Assembly (NCBI GenBank): GCA_044228285.1
Contig: JBGAVD010000002.1
Span: 474,807-538,806 of the forward strand
DNA length: 64,000 bases
Reading direction: 5' to 3'
From: Chlorobiota bacterium
GTDB lineage: Bacteria; Bacteroidota; Ignavibacteria; Kapaibacteriales; NICIL-2
The number at the start of each line of letters is the position of its first letter. Positions within the stretch are counted from its first letter, which is position 1. Shown here piece by piece: positions 10,227-19,119 of the stretch. The notes under the pieces were generated by a model. That model made no database searches. It was not told the DNA's origin and saw only the letters and a list, made by a program, of their open reading frames with translations. A program made the position numbers and the translations under genes.

Positions 10227-10748
10227 CTAGTTCATACGAATCATCTTGTACTGTCCGTTATCTATTACTTGATAGTTGCCGGCTTTCATTGGGGCAATAC
10301 CGTAGAGTCGCTGCAGATCAGGATCACATTCAGGTGCTGTTCGAAGTGTAAGAGTCGTGTTTTGAAGCTCAGGTCTGCTACAGCGACGATTGAAAATCAG
10401 GTAAGCATCTCCGTTTGCAGCGATGCCGATAATTGCTTGGTCGTTTGCAAGTAAGGCATCAGCTAGTATACCAACCTTCGTGTCGTCAACCGGGCCACTG
10501 TACGGAGCTGCAGCTCCAACTTTGATGTCGCAAATGCCCCCGTAACAGCAATGGCAGTTCGGAACACTCTGTCCGAAGTGAATTTCCACACCGATGCCCA
10601 AGAGTTTTGACCAGTTAAATTTCTTTATAATGCTTGCTTTCGTAGCTTTCTTCACAATCGTTGCGCCATGACTTTGAGATGTGTTCACAACAAAGAGCAA
10701 CAGAACGAAGCCAGCGAGTACGAGTATGTGGTAGTGTTTTTTCAGCAT
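10227..10748 (-). CDS. Hypothetical small secreted Cys-containing protein
   Basis: 173 aa with an ATG start and a clear signal peptide (MLKKHYHILVLAGFVLLLFVVNTSQSHG). It has a Cys cluster (NCHCCYGGICD) plus two further Cys. I recognise no family. Confidence 0.5.
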   Translation of the reverse strand: MLKKHYHILVLAGFVLLLFVVNTSQSHGATIVKKATKASIIKKFNWSKLLGIGVEIHFGQSVPNCHCCYGGICDIKVGAAAPYSGPVDDTKVGILADALLANDQAIIGIAANGDAYLIFNRRCSRPELQNTTLTLRTAPECDPDLQRLYGIAPMKAGNYQVIDNGQYKMIRMN

Positions 10749-10784
10749 GGTGGTGTTTGTTCAGGTGATGGAATCGTGTCGGCC

Positions 10785-10817
10785 CAAAGCCCGGTAACTG
10801 ACAAAGACCGGGCTTTG
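10785..10817 (-). other. Stable stem-loop 37-69 nt upstream of the 173-aa ORF start
   Basis: caaagcccggt (10785-10795) pairs with accgggctttg (10807-10817), giving an 11-bp perfect stem and an 11-nt loop. It could be a 5'UTR element or the terminator of an unseen upstream transcript. Confidence 0.4.
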
Positions 10818-11720
10818 CGCGACACATGGGGATAATAGCAGGGGGGATAATCCACTCGTTGTTACTCATCACTCTGCCCTTTTCCTCTTCACCGCTCCGT
10901 GGAATAAGGGGGAAAAGAGCTCCCATCATTCCGTCGGCCGGTGAAGACTCAGCTTGCTAAGTCACTCCGAAGAGGACAATCAGCTCTCACCAAACAAATC
11001 GCAAAAGTGCACCGCCATACCCGCTCATGTACTTGTTGCTCTCTTACGTTTCGCTAAGTGAGGACTGCCTCCCTATACACAAAACGTTTGAGAAGGGTGA
11101 AAATGGACATGTGATTGAAGAAAAAGTTTGCGAATTGGAATTCTTCAAAAAAAACGCGATATCATTGGGTAAAGTGAGGTTTAAAATATGATCGAGTGGA
11201 AGCGGTTGATGGCTATGGTTTGGTTGGAATTGGTGTGCTGTATGGTACTCGTGACTTGTTTCCAGGTAGTGATGACAGCTATTCTTGTCTTCGAGCGAAG
11301 GATATTGATCAGAAGATCGTCTGTGCATTCGAACATCTGTGCACCCAACAGAGTCTGCTGTATTAGCTTCTAGGCAGAGCAAGGTAAACAGGCTCAAAAC
11401 AGGGGATTGTTTGTCTGAAAGCTCACGAGTCCCTTTTCTTGGCAAATTGAAGTGATTTGTCTTGACGCGATGCTGTAGTGGAGTGTCTTATTGTTAAAAA
11501 GAGACATCAAAGTATCCTAGTTTTTGGCTTCAATCACAGTGCTAAGGTTTTAGAACTACGAGAGTTTACCGATAATAGTAGAGACTTCTCTGTCTGCAAA
11601 GCAGTATCTTGATTTAGCACTGTTACTGTTGCCTAAGGGTCGTGATTTTCAATGATAGTTTGGGTGCTTGTCGGTACACAAGACCCTCTGAAGGTTCCAC
11701 ACAATACGATAGAACAAGCT

Positions 11721-12596
11721 ATGGATTTCCTGAGTTCACTCGAAAACACGCAAGACCTAGTTTCGTTGCCAAATGTTGCCACGAAAATTCTGTCATTGCT
11801 CGACAACGATAACGTCCATGTTCGCGAGTTATCGACATTAGTAGAAACCGACGCGCCAATATCCTTGAAGGTAATCCGCCTTGCAAACTCTCCAACCTTT
11901 GCCTTGCGTAACGAGGTTACCAGTGTCTCTCAGGCGGTGACGACCATTGGTATGAATCGGATGATGAACATCGTTCTCGGTGTGAGCATCTATTCGAAGT
12001 TTGTGTATCTGTCGAACTCATCAGTGGGACCCTTCGTGCAGCGCTTCTGGGAGCACTCTGCATCTACTGCAGGAATAGCAAAAGCCCTTGCTGTTAGTTT
12101 AAAGAAGAACTTTCAAGACAATGAATTCATCGGTGGCTTGATTCACGACATCGGCAAACTCTGCATGATTCAATATGATGCTGACAAGTATGCTGAGGTA
12201 TTGAAGCTGATCGAGAACGAAAACATGAGTGACTCTGATGCCGAGCTGGAGATCTACGGAGCATCACACACACAGGTCGGACAAATCTTAGCTCGCACGT
12301 GGAAGCTTCCAAACGCTTTGCAACATGTGGTGAGCTGCCACGATACACCAGAAGCTGCCGGACTAGATAAAGGTGTAACCTCGATCGTGCGTCTTGCTGA
12401 TATTGTTTGTGAACAGCATGGACATGGCATTGGAGAAAAGGACCTTGGAGCACCTGTCAGCGAAAGCTCTCCTTGGAAAAATCTTTGTAGTTTGTACCCA
12501 GAACTTCGCGACTTCGATATCAACGGTGTCTGCGGAAACATGGAAGAAGATTTCACCAAGGCATCGTCCTTCTTACGCTCGATGCTTGCCTCCTAA
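11721..12596 (+). CDS. HDOD domain-containing signal-transduction protein
   Basis: LPNVATKILSLLDNDNVHVRELSTLVETDAPISLKVIRLANSPTFALRNEVTSVSQAVTTIGMNRMMNIVLG and HDIGKL match the HDOD pattern. I prefer the ATG at 11721 (MDFLSS...) over the longer start at 11652. Confidence 0.8.
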   Translation: MDFLSSLENTQDLVSLPNVATKILSLLDNDNVHVRELSTLVETDAPISLKVIRLANSPTFALRNEVTSVSQAVTTIGMNRMMNIVLGVSIYSKFVYLSNSSVGPFVQRFWEHSASTAGIAKALAVSLKKNFQDNEFIGGLIHDIGKLCMIQYDADKYAEVLKLIENENMSDSDAELEIYGASHTQVGQILARTWKLPNALQHVVSCHDTPEAAGLDKGVTSIVRLADIVCEQHGHGIGEKDLGAPVSESSPWKNLCSLYPELRDFDINGVCGNMEEDFTKASSFLRSMLAS

Positions 12597-12605
12597 CAAG
12601 ATCGA

Positions 12606-13463
12606 ATGCGTCCAGAACTTTTTCACATCGGGCCAATACCGATTTACAGTTTTGGCCTGATGATGGCCCTCGCCTTCCTCAGCGCTAACTACCTCCTCAC
12701 AAAGGAAATCACTCGTCAATGGCGAGATGAAGAACGTGCCGCAGCCTTTGCTTCTGTGATTACCCTTATTGCTCTCGTCGCAGGAGTAATAGGCTCAAAG
12801 CTATTTCACCTCATCGAAAACCCAGGTCTTGTTCTGCAGAATGGTTTGAGCGAAGTGTTCAGTGGATCTGGTCTGACCTTTTTCGGTGGACTGTTACTTG
12901 CCATCTTTGTTATCTTCTTGTACTGTCGGAAGAAGAAAATCTCGTTCGTCTGGCTTGCCGACGTAACCGCACCGGGTTTGATCCTTGCCTATGGCATTGG
13001 TCGTATTGGTTGTCAGTTGGCTGGCGACGGCGACTATGGCATTCCCTACGAAGGCACATTTGCTATGAGCTATCCGCATGGAACGGTTCCTACCATTGCA
13101 GGATACAACCCTGAGTTAAAAAACAAGTGGCTGGAAATGCACCCAGGCATGAGTATATCAGATACCTTCGATATTACTGTACACCCCACACCAGTCTACG
13201 AAACCCTGGCTTGCTTTGCCATCTTCGCATTCTTATTCTACCTGCAACGTCGCGCACATTTACCAACGGGACGTCTCTTCGCCATCTACTTGATCTTCGC
13301 TGGCCTAGAGCGCTTCTTGGTGGAATGGCTGCGCTTGAACCCGCTGTATCTTGGACTCTCTCAAGCGCAATGGATTGGTATAGCTCTTATGATTGCCGGT
13401 ACTTGGTTATTCATGAAGAAGAGCGCGCCCACGACCCAGGCTGCAGCAAAACCGGCATCCTAA
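12606..13463 (+). CDS. lgt: Prolipoprotein diacylglyceryl transferase
   Basis: Polytopic membrane protein. Motifs: IPIYSFGLMMALAFL, GRIGCQLAGDGDYG and VHPTPVYE (the Lgt HPTxLYE motif). Confidence 0.9.
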   Translation: MRPELFHIGPIPIYSFGLMMALAFLSANYLLTKEITRQWRDEERAAAFASVITLIALVAGVIGSKLFHLIENPGLVLQNGLSEVFSGSGLTFFGGLLLAIFVIFLYCRKKKISFVWLADVTAPGLILAYGIGRIGCQLAGDGDYGIPYEGTFAMSYPHGTVPTIAGYNPELKNKWLEMHPGMSISDTFDITVHPTPVYETLACFAIFAFLFYLQRRAHLPTGRLFAIYLIFAGLERFLVEWLRLNPLYLGLSQAQWIGIALMIAGTWLFMKKSAPTTQAAAKPAS

Positions 13464-13529
13464 GCTCAACACTGTTTGAAGTCATTCGCGAAGACTCCAG
13501 CCCGTCGCTTCGCTCCAAACTCAGGTGAT

Positions 13530-14831
13530 TTATAATACACGCGCGCTACGCGCATTGGCCTCCAGCAACTCCCGCAGCCTCCTTGCAACTTCCAAGCTTG
13601 CCCCAGCTTTGCGTTCAATGTATTCGCTGTTTCTGCGGCCACATTCTGCGCGACCTTCCCGATTGTTGTCTATCCAATGAAGCCAGGTGATGATCTCATG
13701 TGAGTTTGTCACACTGTCCATCGACCCGCCATGAATGAGCTCGACGGCATCCGCATTTGCATCGTGTTGTGGACCGCAACTAACAGGAATGCCGTAACAG
13801 GCTGCTTCTGCAACGCTGTGCACTCCAACGCCAAAGCCTCCGCCAACGTAGGCTGCGTCGGCTAATGCATAGAGCTTCAAGAGTTGGCCTATACTGTCTA
13901 CAATGAGATGTCGACTAGCACTCAAGGTTGAGTCAATAGCCGACCAACGAGTACACGGGCCAAGACGCAACTCGACCTTGCGATAGAACTCTTCATTGGG
14001 TTCGTGTGGGACGATCAGATAGCGAAGGCGTGGTCCGAGTTGGCTGAGTACTTCGTCAGAAAGGAAAAGATCCACATCGATTGGCCATACACTACCAAGG
14101 ACCACGACCACATCTTGTGAAGCATAGAGCGTCGACGATGGACCGCGATAGCGATGACGAGTCTCGGTAGCTTTTGCCTGGGCTTCGAAGAGACGATCAT
14201 ATCGTGTGTCGCGGCTGGTCTGCAGATCAACCTTGAGTTTCAAAGCTTCAAAGTTGTTATACTCAGATTCATTGAGGGCGTAAATCTGATGAAGGGTATT
14301 GAGTAGGTTCTTGTAAAAAGCTCTACCGATTCCACCCTGAGAAAATCCAGATCGACTAAAGGTAGCATTGAGAAGCAGAGCTGGGACCTTGCGTCTCTGC
14401 AATGCGTGCATCAGATTCCACCACAGGTCGTACCGAGCAAAGAGGGCAACCGAAGGTTGAACTCTGGAGAGAAAACTCTTGATGCGAAAGTAGCCGTCGA
14501 AAGGTAAGTAGACAACCGCATCAGCGAAGGGATAGTGTAGTTGGTTGTTGTAGCCAGAGGGAGAGCTAAACGACACAACGATCTGCACTTCGCCTTGGTC
14601 CTTACAGAATTGTTCAATGACTGGTTTGAGCTGCTCGAATTCTCCCATTGATGCGGCATGAAACCACAAACGCTCAGTGTTTGGACGCAATGCATCGAGT
14701 GCTCGAAGCGAGGCTCGAGCATGCAGAAAGCGATCTCGTGTTTTTGGATGCACCAGTGACATCAGCACATAGCCTACAGCGAGGACAGGCAGTGCCAGAA
14801 AGTTGTAGCACAAATGCAGCAGAAGTCTCAT
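13530..14831 (-). CDS. waaA: 3-deoxy-D-manno-octulosonic acid (Kdo) transferase
   Basis: N-terminal membrane anchor. WFHAASMGEFEQLKPVI corresponds to the WxHAxSxGE motif. The C-terminal GGGFGVGVHSVAEAACYGIPVSCGP corresponds to GGHNxLEPA...PV..GP. Confidence 0.88.
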   Translation of the reverse strand: MRLLLHLCYNFLALPVLAVGYVLMSLVHPKTRDRFLHARASLRALDALRPNTERLWFHAASMGEFEQLKPVIEQFCKDQGEVQIVVSFSSPSGYNNQLHYPFADAVVYLPFDGYFRIKSFLSRVQPSVALFARYDLWWNLMHALQRRKVPALLLNATFSRSGFSQGGIGRAFYKNLLNTLHQIYALNESEYNNFEALKLKVDLQTSRDTRYDRLFEAQAKATETRHRYRGPSSTLYASQDVVVVLGSVWPIDVDLFLSDEVLSQLGPRLRYLIVPHEPNEEFYRKVELRLGPCTRWSAIDSTLSASRHLIVDSIGQLLKLYALADAAYVGGGFGVGVHSVAEAACYGIPVSCGPQHDANADAVELIHGGSMDSVTNSHEIITWLHWIDNNREGRAECGRRNSEYIERKAGASLEVARRLRELLEANARSARVL

Positions 14832-14837
14832 GTTCTC

Positions 14838-15617
14838 TTAGCGACCGCGAAAGGTAGCAACAGCCTTGTCGAGAAAGGCTCTGGTGCCTTCACGAAAATC
14901 TTCGCTTCCACAGAGAGCGCCGAATTCGCGTGCTTCTGTTTGCATACCCAGAGCTGGGTCAGTGCCTTGACTTGCGATACAGCGCAACGACGACTGCACA
15001 GCAAGTGGAGCCATTGATGCAATTTGTTGCGCGGTACTGAGTGCTGCAGTCATGAGTTCATCGGCTGGCACCACCTTGTTGACCAAACCGATACTGAGAG
15101 CACGTTCTGCACTGATGATGTCGGCACTGCAGATTAACTCAATTGCCACAGCGCTTCCACACAAACGAGCTAAACGTTGCGTGCCACCATAACCTGGAAT
15201 GATCCCGAGCTTGACCTCAGGTTGGCCGAACTTAGCGTTGGCAGAGGCGTAGCGGAAGTGACAAGCCATTGCGAGCTCGCAACCGCCACCTAGTGCGAAG
15301 CCATTCACAGCAGCAATAACCGGGACAGGGAAGTTCTCGATGCGCGTGAAGATGGCTTGACCACGTTCGGCGAAAGAGGCACCACTTTCTGCATTGCATT
15401 CGTGTAGTTCAGCGATGTCGGCACCAGCTGCAAAGGCTTTAGGGCCAGTACCACTAAGAATAACACATCGAAGGTTGCTTTGCTCAGAAAGCCATTGAAA
15501 GGCTTGATCAAGTTCGTTGAGTAACTGAGCGTTTAGGGCATTGAGTTTGTCGGGGCGGTTTAAGAGAACTGTTGCGATCTCGCCCTCAAGGTGAAGAGTG
15601 ATTGTCTCGAAATTCAT
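14838..15617 (-). CDS. Enoyl-CoA hydratase/isomerase (crotonase) family protein
   Basis: VLLNRPDKLNALN, FAAGADI and AAVNGFALGGGCELAMACH are crotonase signatures. It lies 6 nt upstream of waaA, so the two are probably co-transcribed. Confidence 0.88.
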   Translation of the reverse strand: MNFETITLHLEGEIATVLLNRPDKLNALNAQLLNELDQAFQWLSEQSNLRCVILSGTGPKAFAAGADIAELHECNAESGASFAERGQAIFTRIENFPVPVIAAVNGFALGGGCELAMACHFRYASANAKFGQPEVKLGIIPGYGGTQRLARLCGSAVAIELICSADIISAERALSIGLVNKVVPADELMTAALSTAQQIASMAPLAVQSSLRCIASQGTDPALGMQTEAREFGALCGSEDFREGTRAFLDKAVATFRGR

Positions 15618-15743
15618 GATTGCTCCAAGGTTCCTGGGTTAGTGGTCGGCACAAAATTACTAAATTGCTGCGGCAGCAACGAGCAGTGCACTCAGAAGAG
15701 ATTGAAGTGTACATGCGCGATTTGACGACCAGCGTGTCCAAAC

Positions 15744-16259
15744 ATGAATAGCAGCATTGCACAGGAGATCCAACGGAAATTCCAGCGCAGAAAATTTGAG
15801 TATCTGGCTCTTATTTCCGTGCAAGCCTTCTTTGCTGGTGCGTTTCACGGTTTGTTGCGTCCTATGATCTGCATAGGACTGGTGATAAGCACCAGTGGTA
15901 TGTGTTGGACACTCACGCAGTATCGTCAGAAACGGAGTACACTCCCGGAGTTCAATCGCTTCAGAGTGATTGTTGATACTCTGGAAGTTCTCTTCCTCAT
16001 GCTCTTCGTGACACTTTTCAGTATTAGTGCTCTGAAGATGGATGTGGATCTCACGGTGTATTATGCGCACCTGAGTGTGATGTTGCTTAGTTTTTTTTCG
16101 GCGACTCTTCTCACAGAATTGTTCTGGATCCGCCGGATCTTTCCGCTCCTCAATAGCGCTCAACAGTTGAACTATGTGGTCAATCTGAAGTCCTCTATTT
16201 TGTGGCCTTTCTCGCTCTCGTATCTGAAAAAAAGTCTTCGATGGAAAAAAGATTCATAG
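15744..16259 (+). CDS. Hypothetical integral membrane protein
   Basis: 171 aa with 3-4 hydrophobic helices (LALISVQAFFAGAFHGLL, LEVLFLMLFVTLFSISAL, LSVMLLSFFSATLLTELFWI). Same orientation as the downstream gene. I prefer it over the antisense ORF at 15660-16163. Confidence 0.4.
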   Translation: MNSSIAQEIQRKFQRRKFEYLALISVQAFFAGAFHGLLRPMICIGLVISTSGMCWTLTQYRQKRSTLPEFNRFRVIVDTLEVLFLMLFVTLFSISALKMDVDLTVYYAHLSVMLLSFFSATLLTELFWIRRIFPLLNSAQQLNYVVNLKSSILWPFSLSYLKKSLRWKKDS

Positions 16260-17818
16260 TATGTCTATCCGTTCCGTATCACTCTCAACTCTGCAAGAGA
16301 TGGCTTGGCTTATTCCTTATCGCCAGCCTTTTCCTTCTCAGTACTGACCTGCATTCAGCTTTACGCAAGAAAGGTGCGAGTTCAAAATCGAAGAGTAGTG
16401 CTTCAAAAAAGTCTTCCGCTTCGCGTAGCTCTTCAAAGCCATCGAAGAGTCGTAAGGGCGGCAAGATGTCGAAGAGTGCTCGTCGTGCTCAACGACAACG
16501 AGATATTGCCTTGGCTCGTCAGGAGAGTAGAAATCCTCGAGCTTTGGCATCGATTAGTATTGCCAAAGACTCAATTCTAACAGACGGTGTGATCTATCGT
16601 CAGATTAATGTCACGCACGCAGATTCTTCACACAGTCTTGTTCATGCGCTTACTTGTGTGCTTCGCAATCCTAATTACAACGTGATGGCAGTGAAGGCAG
16701 ACAATCAAGCGAATGCTCTTGAGCGCTTGAAGAGTATTCGGCAACGCTTGGATAGTGCGGAGAACAAAACACTGTATGCTGCGGTGAATGCTCATTTCTG
16801 GAGAGCAGCTTCAACGACTGCTATAGGACCAACCGTTTGCAGTGGGGAAGTATGCGAAATGTTGCCGTACAAAGATTGGTGTTGTTGTTTCTTCGATATG
16901 AAGAATCGTCCTGTGATCGACACCATGCAGCTCAGTGCAACGCTGCGCAGAGTGCGTGGAGCTCAGCTGCGCGTGTCATCAGTGAATCGTAGAGTTGCAG
17001 CCGACTCTCTTGTGGTCTTCAATTCTTTTATTGGTCAAACAGTTCCCTACACGCCAACTGCTCAAATTGATCAAGAGATCGAGGAGAGTTTGAACGATAG
17101 TACTTCACTAGCAAGAGATTCAACAGAGTTGCAGTTTACACGCGACTCGTTACGCACTGCACTCACTCGTCTCCGCCAGGAAGCCTCGGCAGAGTTCTCA
17201 ACAGCTAAGGTTCAATGTCGCTACCTACGATCACCTGCAGTCAATCAAGACATTCCAATGGTCGTGCTCAGTATCAGTGATAGTGGTTCGGTTACCATGC
17301 CTCTTCGAGGCTGCGTACTCTCGATGGGTGTGCAACAACTACGTTCACTTCACCTTTCTACCGGCGATACTCTTGTGCTGCGCTATACGACGAGTAAGCG
17401 CGATAGTGTGGTGTTTAGTAATGCCGTCTGTGGCACGCCGAAGCTAGTGCACAATGGAGCAGTGATCGACAACCTCAAGCCGCACAACGGTGGGAGCTTG
17501 CGTTTCTATTATCATCGCTTAGCTCGAACAGCCATCGGAACCGATATAACACGCAACACGATCTACATAGCAACTGTAGAGTGCAACGCTCGCTCAAAGG
17601 GCTTCAGCATTGCCGAGCTGGCCGAATTCATGAAGCGTTTTGGAGCCTACTCTGCTATGAATCTGGATGGTGGTGGCTCGGCTCAAATGTTAGTTGGGGA
17701 TTCTGTGGTAAGTCATACACCAGACCAAGGTCAACGTCGTGTATCTGTCGCTTTAACTTTGGGTCGACGTAAAGCACATGGCACGAAATCTGTTCCTGAT
17801 GCGAAGAAAGAGGAATAG
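16241..17818 (+). CDS. Phosphodiester glycosidase family (DUF2233/NAGPA-like) protein with a Lys/Ser-rich N-terminal tract
   Basis: The C-terminal YSAMNLDGGGSAQMLVG is the family hallmark. There is a signal/anchor (WLGLFLIASLFLLS) followed by KKGASSKSKSSASKKSSASRSSSKPSKSRKGGK. I prefer the ATG at 16241 over the GTG at 16202. Confidence 0.7.
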   Translation: MEKRFIVCLSVPYHSQLCKRWLGLFLIASLFLLSTDLHSALRKKGASSKSKSSASKKSSASRSSSKPSKSRKGGKMSKSARRAQRQRDIALARQESRNPRALASISIAKDSILTDGVIYRQINVTHADSSHSLVHALTCVLRNPNYNVMAVKADNQANALERLKSIRQRLDSAENKTLYAAVNAHFWRAASTTAIGPTVCSGEVCEMLPYKDWCCCFFDMKNRPVIDTMQLSATLRRVRGAQLRVSSVNRRVAADSLVVFNSFIGQTVPYTPTAQIDQEIEESLNDSTSLARDSTELQFTRDSLRTALTRLRQEASAEFSTAKVQCRYLRSPAVNQDIPMVVLSISDSGSVTMPLRGCVLSMGVQQLRSLHLSTGDTLVLRYTTSKRDSVVFSNAVCGTPKLVHNGAVIDNLKPHNGGSLRFYYHRLARTAIGTDITRNTIYIATVECNARSKGFSIAELAEFMKRFGAYSAMNLDGGGSAQMLVGDSVVSHTPDQGQRRVSVALTLGRRKAHGTKSVPDAKKEE

Positions 17819-18020
17819 GGCAGAACGGAAGTAGAACATTAGATGCATTTGGTATAGCCCGCAGGTGCAGGCGAAGGAGCTTGAGAAGTTTTTTTGTTGA
17901 GGATGCTTCTTTGTGCAATAGATACGCAGCCCAAATTTCGCATTTGCTCAATTGCTCTATAGCCCATTAGCGCAATCGCCCTATTCGTCCAACATCTCCA
18001 TTCGTCTGACATTCCTATAA

Positions 18021-18110
18021 GCTCAACAGCCCCATGAGCTCAACAGTCCCATGAGCTCATCAGCCCAATGAGCTCAACAGCCCCATGAGCTCAACAGCCC
18101 AATGAGCTCA
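18021..18110. repeat. 17-bp tandem repeat, about 5.3 copies (gctcaacagccccatga)
   Basis: Units start at 18021, 18038, 18055, 18072, 18089 and 18106, with 1-2 substitutions each. Confidence 0.9.
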
Positions 18111-18196
18111 ACAGCCCCGAGCTTTGATCGGGACTGCCCTGAGCAAATTCACCCCTTCGGGGCTCTGCTATGAAAACTCCTGGATGCCTATTCTGA

Positions 18197-18573
18197 CAGC
18201 CCCGAGCAACGCTCGGGGCTGTTTGACACGCGCACCATGCTGCCCAGAGCAAATTCACCCCTTCGAGGCTCGCCATTGCCGGTAGAATTGCCTATTAAAC
18301 AGACGATATGGTAGGGAATCGATCGAAGCCGAACAACAATACAGTAGAGCCCTGAAAGGGCGTATTTTCTCAGGGCAGTCCCGAGCAACGCTCGGGGCTG
18401 TTGGACCCACGCACCAGGTTGCCCAGAGCAAATTCACCCATTCGAGGCTCGCCATTGCCTGTAGAATTGCCTATTAAACAGAAGATATGGCAGGGAATAG
18501 ATCGAAGCCGAACAACAATACAGTAGAGCCCTGAAAGGGCGTATTTTCTCAGGGCAGTCCCGAGCAACGCTCG
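18197..18573. repeat. 179-bp direct repeat, 2 full copies plus the start of a third, each carrying hairpins
   Basis: The landmark cccgagcaac recurs at 18201, 18380 and 18559 (period 179). Each unit has an 11-bp-stem hairpin, cagccccgagc-aac-gctcggggctg (18197-18221; second copy 18376-18400 with one G-U pair), and a small GTAG-headed hairpin, gtagagccctgaaagggc. An older partial copy lies at 18112-18165. Confidence 0.9.
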
Positions 18574-19077
18574 TGGCTGTTGTATAAACGATCGTGGCTG
18601 TTGTATAAACGATCGTGGCTGTTGTATAAACGCTCGTGGCTGTTGTATAAACGATCGTGGCTGTTGTATAAACGATCGTGGCTGTTGTATAAACGATCGT
18701 GGCTGTTGTATAAACGATCGTGGCTGTTGTATAAACGATCGTGGCTGTTGTATAAACAATCGTGGCTGTTGTATAAACGATCGTGTTTGTTGTACCAACA
18801 ATCGTGGTTGGAGTACGAACAATCATGTTTGTTGTACGAACATTCGTGTTTGTCGTACGAACAATCGTGGTTGTTGTACGAACAATCGTGGTTGTCGTAC
18901 GAACAGTCGTAGTTGTTGTACGAACGATCAGGGTTGCTGTACCAACGCTCGGGGCTGTTTTACAAACATTCCGGGTTGTGGTGCCCACGATCGGGTCTGT
19001 TGTATCAACGCACAGGTCTGTTACACCAACCACGGGGCTGCTGTAACAACGCCAAGGCCTGTTACACCAACGTACGT
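18574..19077. repeat. 21-bp tandem array, 24 units (tggctgttgtataaacgatcg) with a 5'-to-3' identity gradient
   Basis: Ten near-identical units span 18574-18783 (variants only at 18616 and 18742). Fourteen progressively diverged units follow, reaching about 19077, 43 nt from the stop of the convergent dehydrogenase gene. Confidence 0.9.
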
Positions 19078-19119
19078 GGCGCTAAACTTGGCGAGCCTTC
19101 CGCACCTACTCCCTTACCT

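Noticed and set aside
15660-16163. 167-aa minus-strand ORF
   Set aside because: It overlaps the plus-strand ORF at 15744-16259, which has clear TM helices and matches the orientation of the downstream gene. The minus-strand product is a compositionally odd His/Glu/Lys-rich sequence.
18574-19077. 21-bp units as plasmid/oriV iterons or a chromosomal origin
   Set aside because: There is no rep or dnaA gene, no DnaA-box cluster and no AT-rich unwinding element nearby. 24 contiguous units with a decay gradient fit slippage expansion better than functional iterons.
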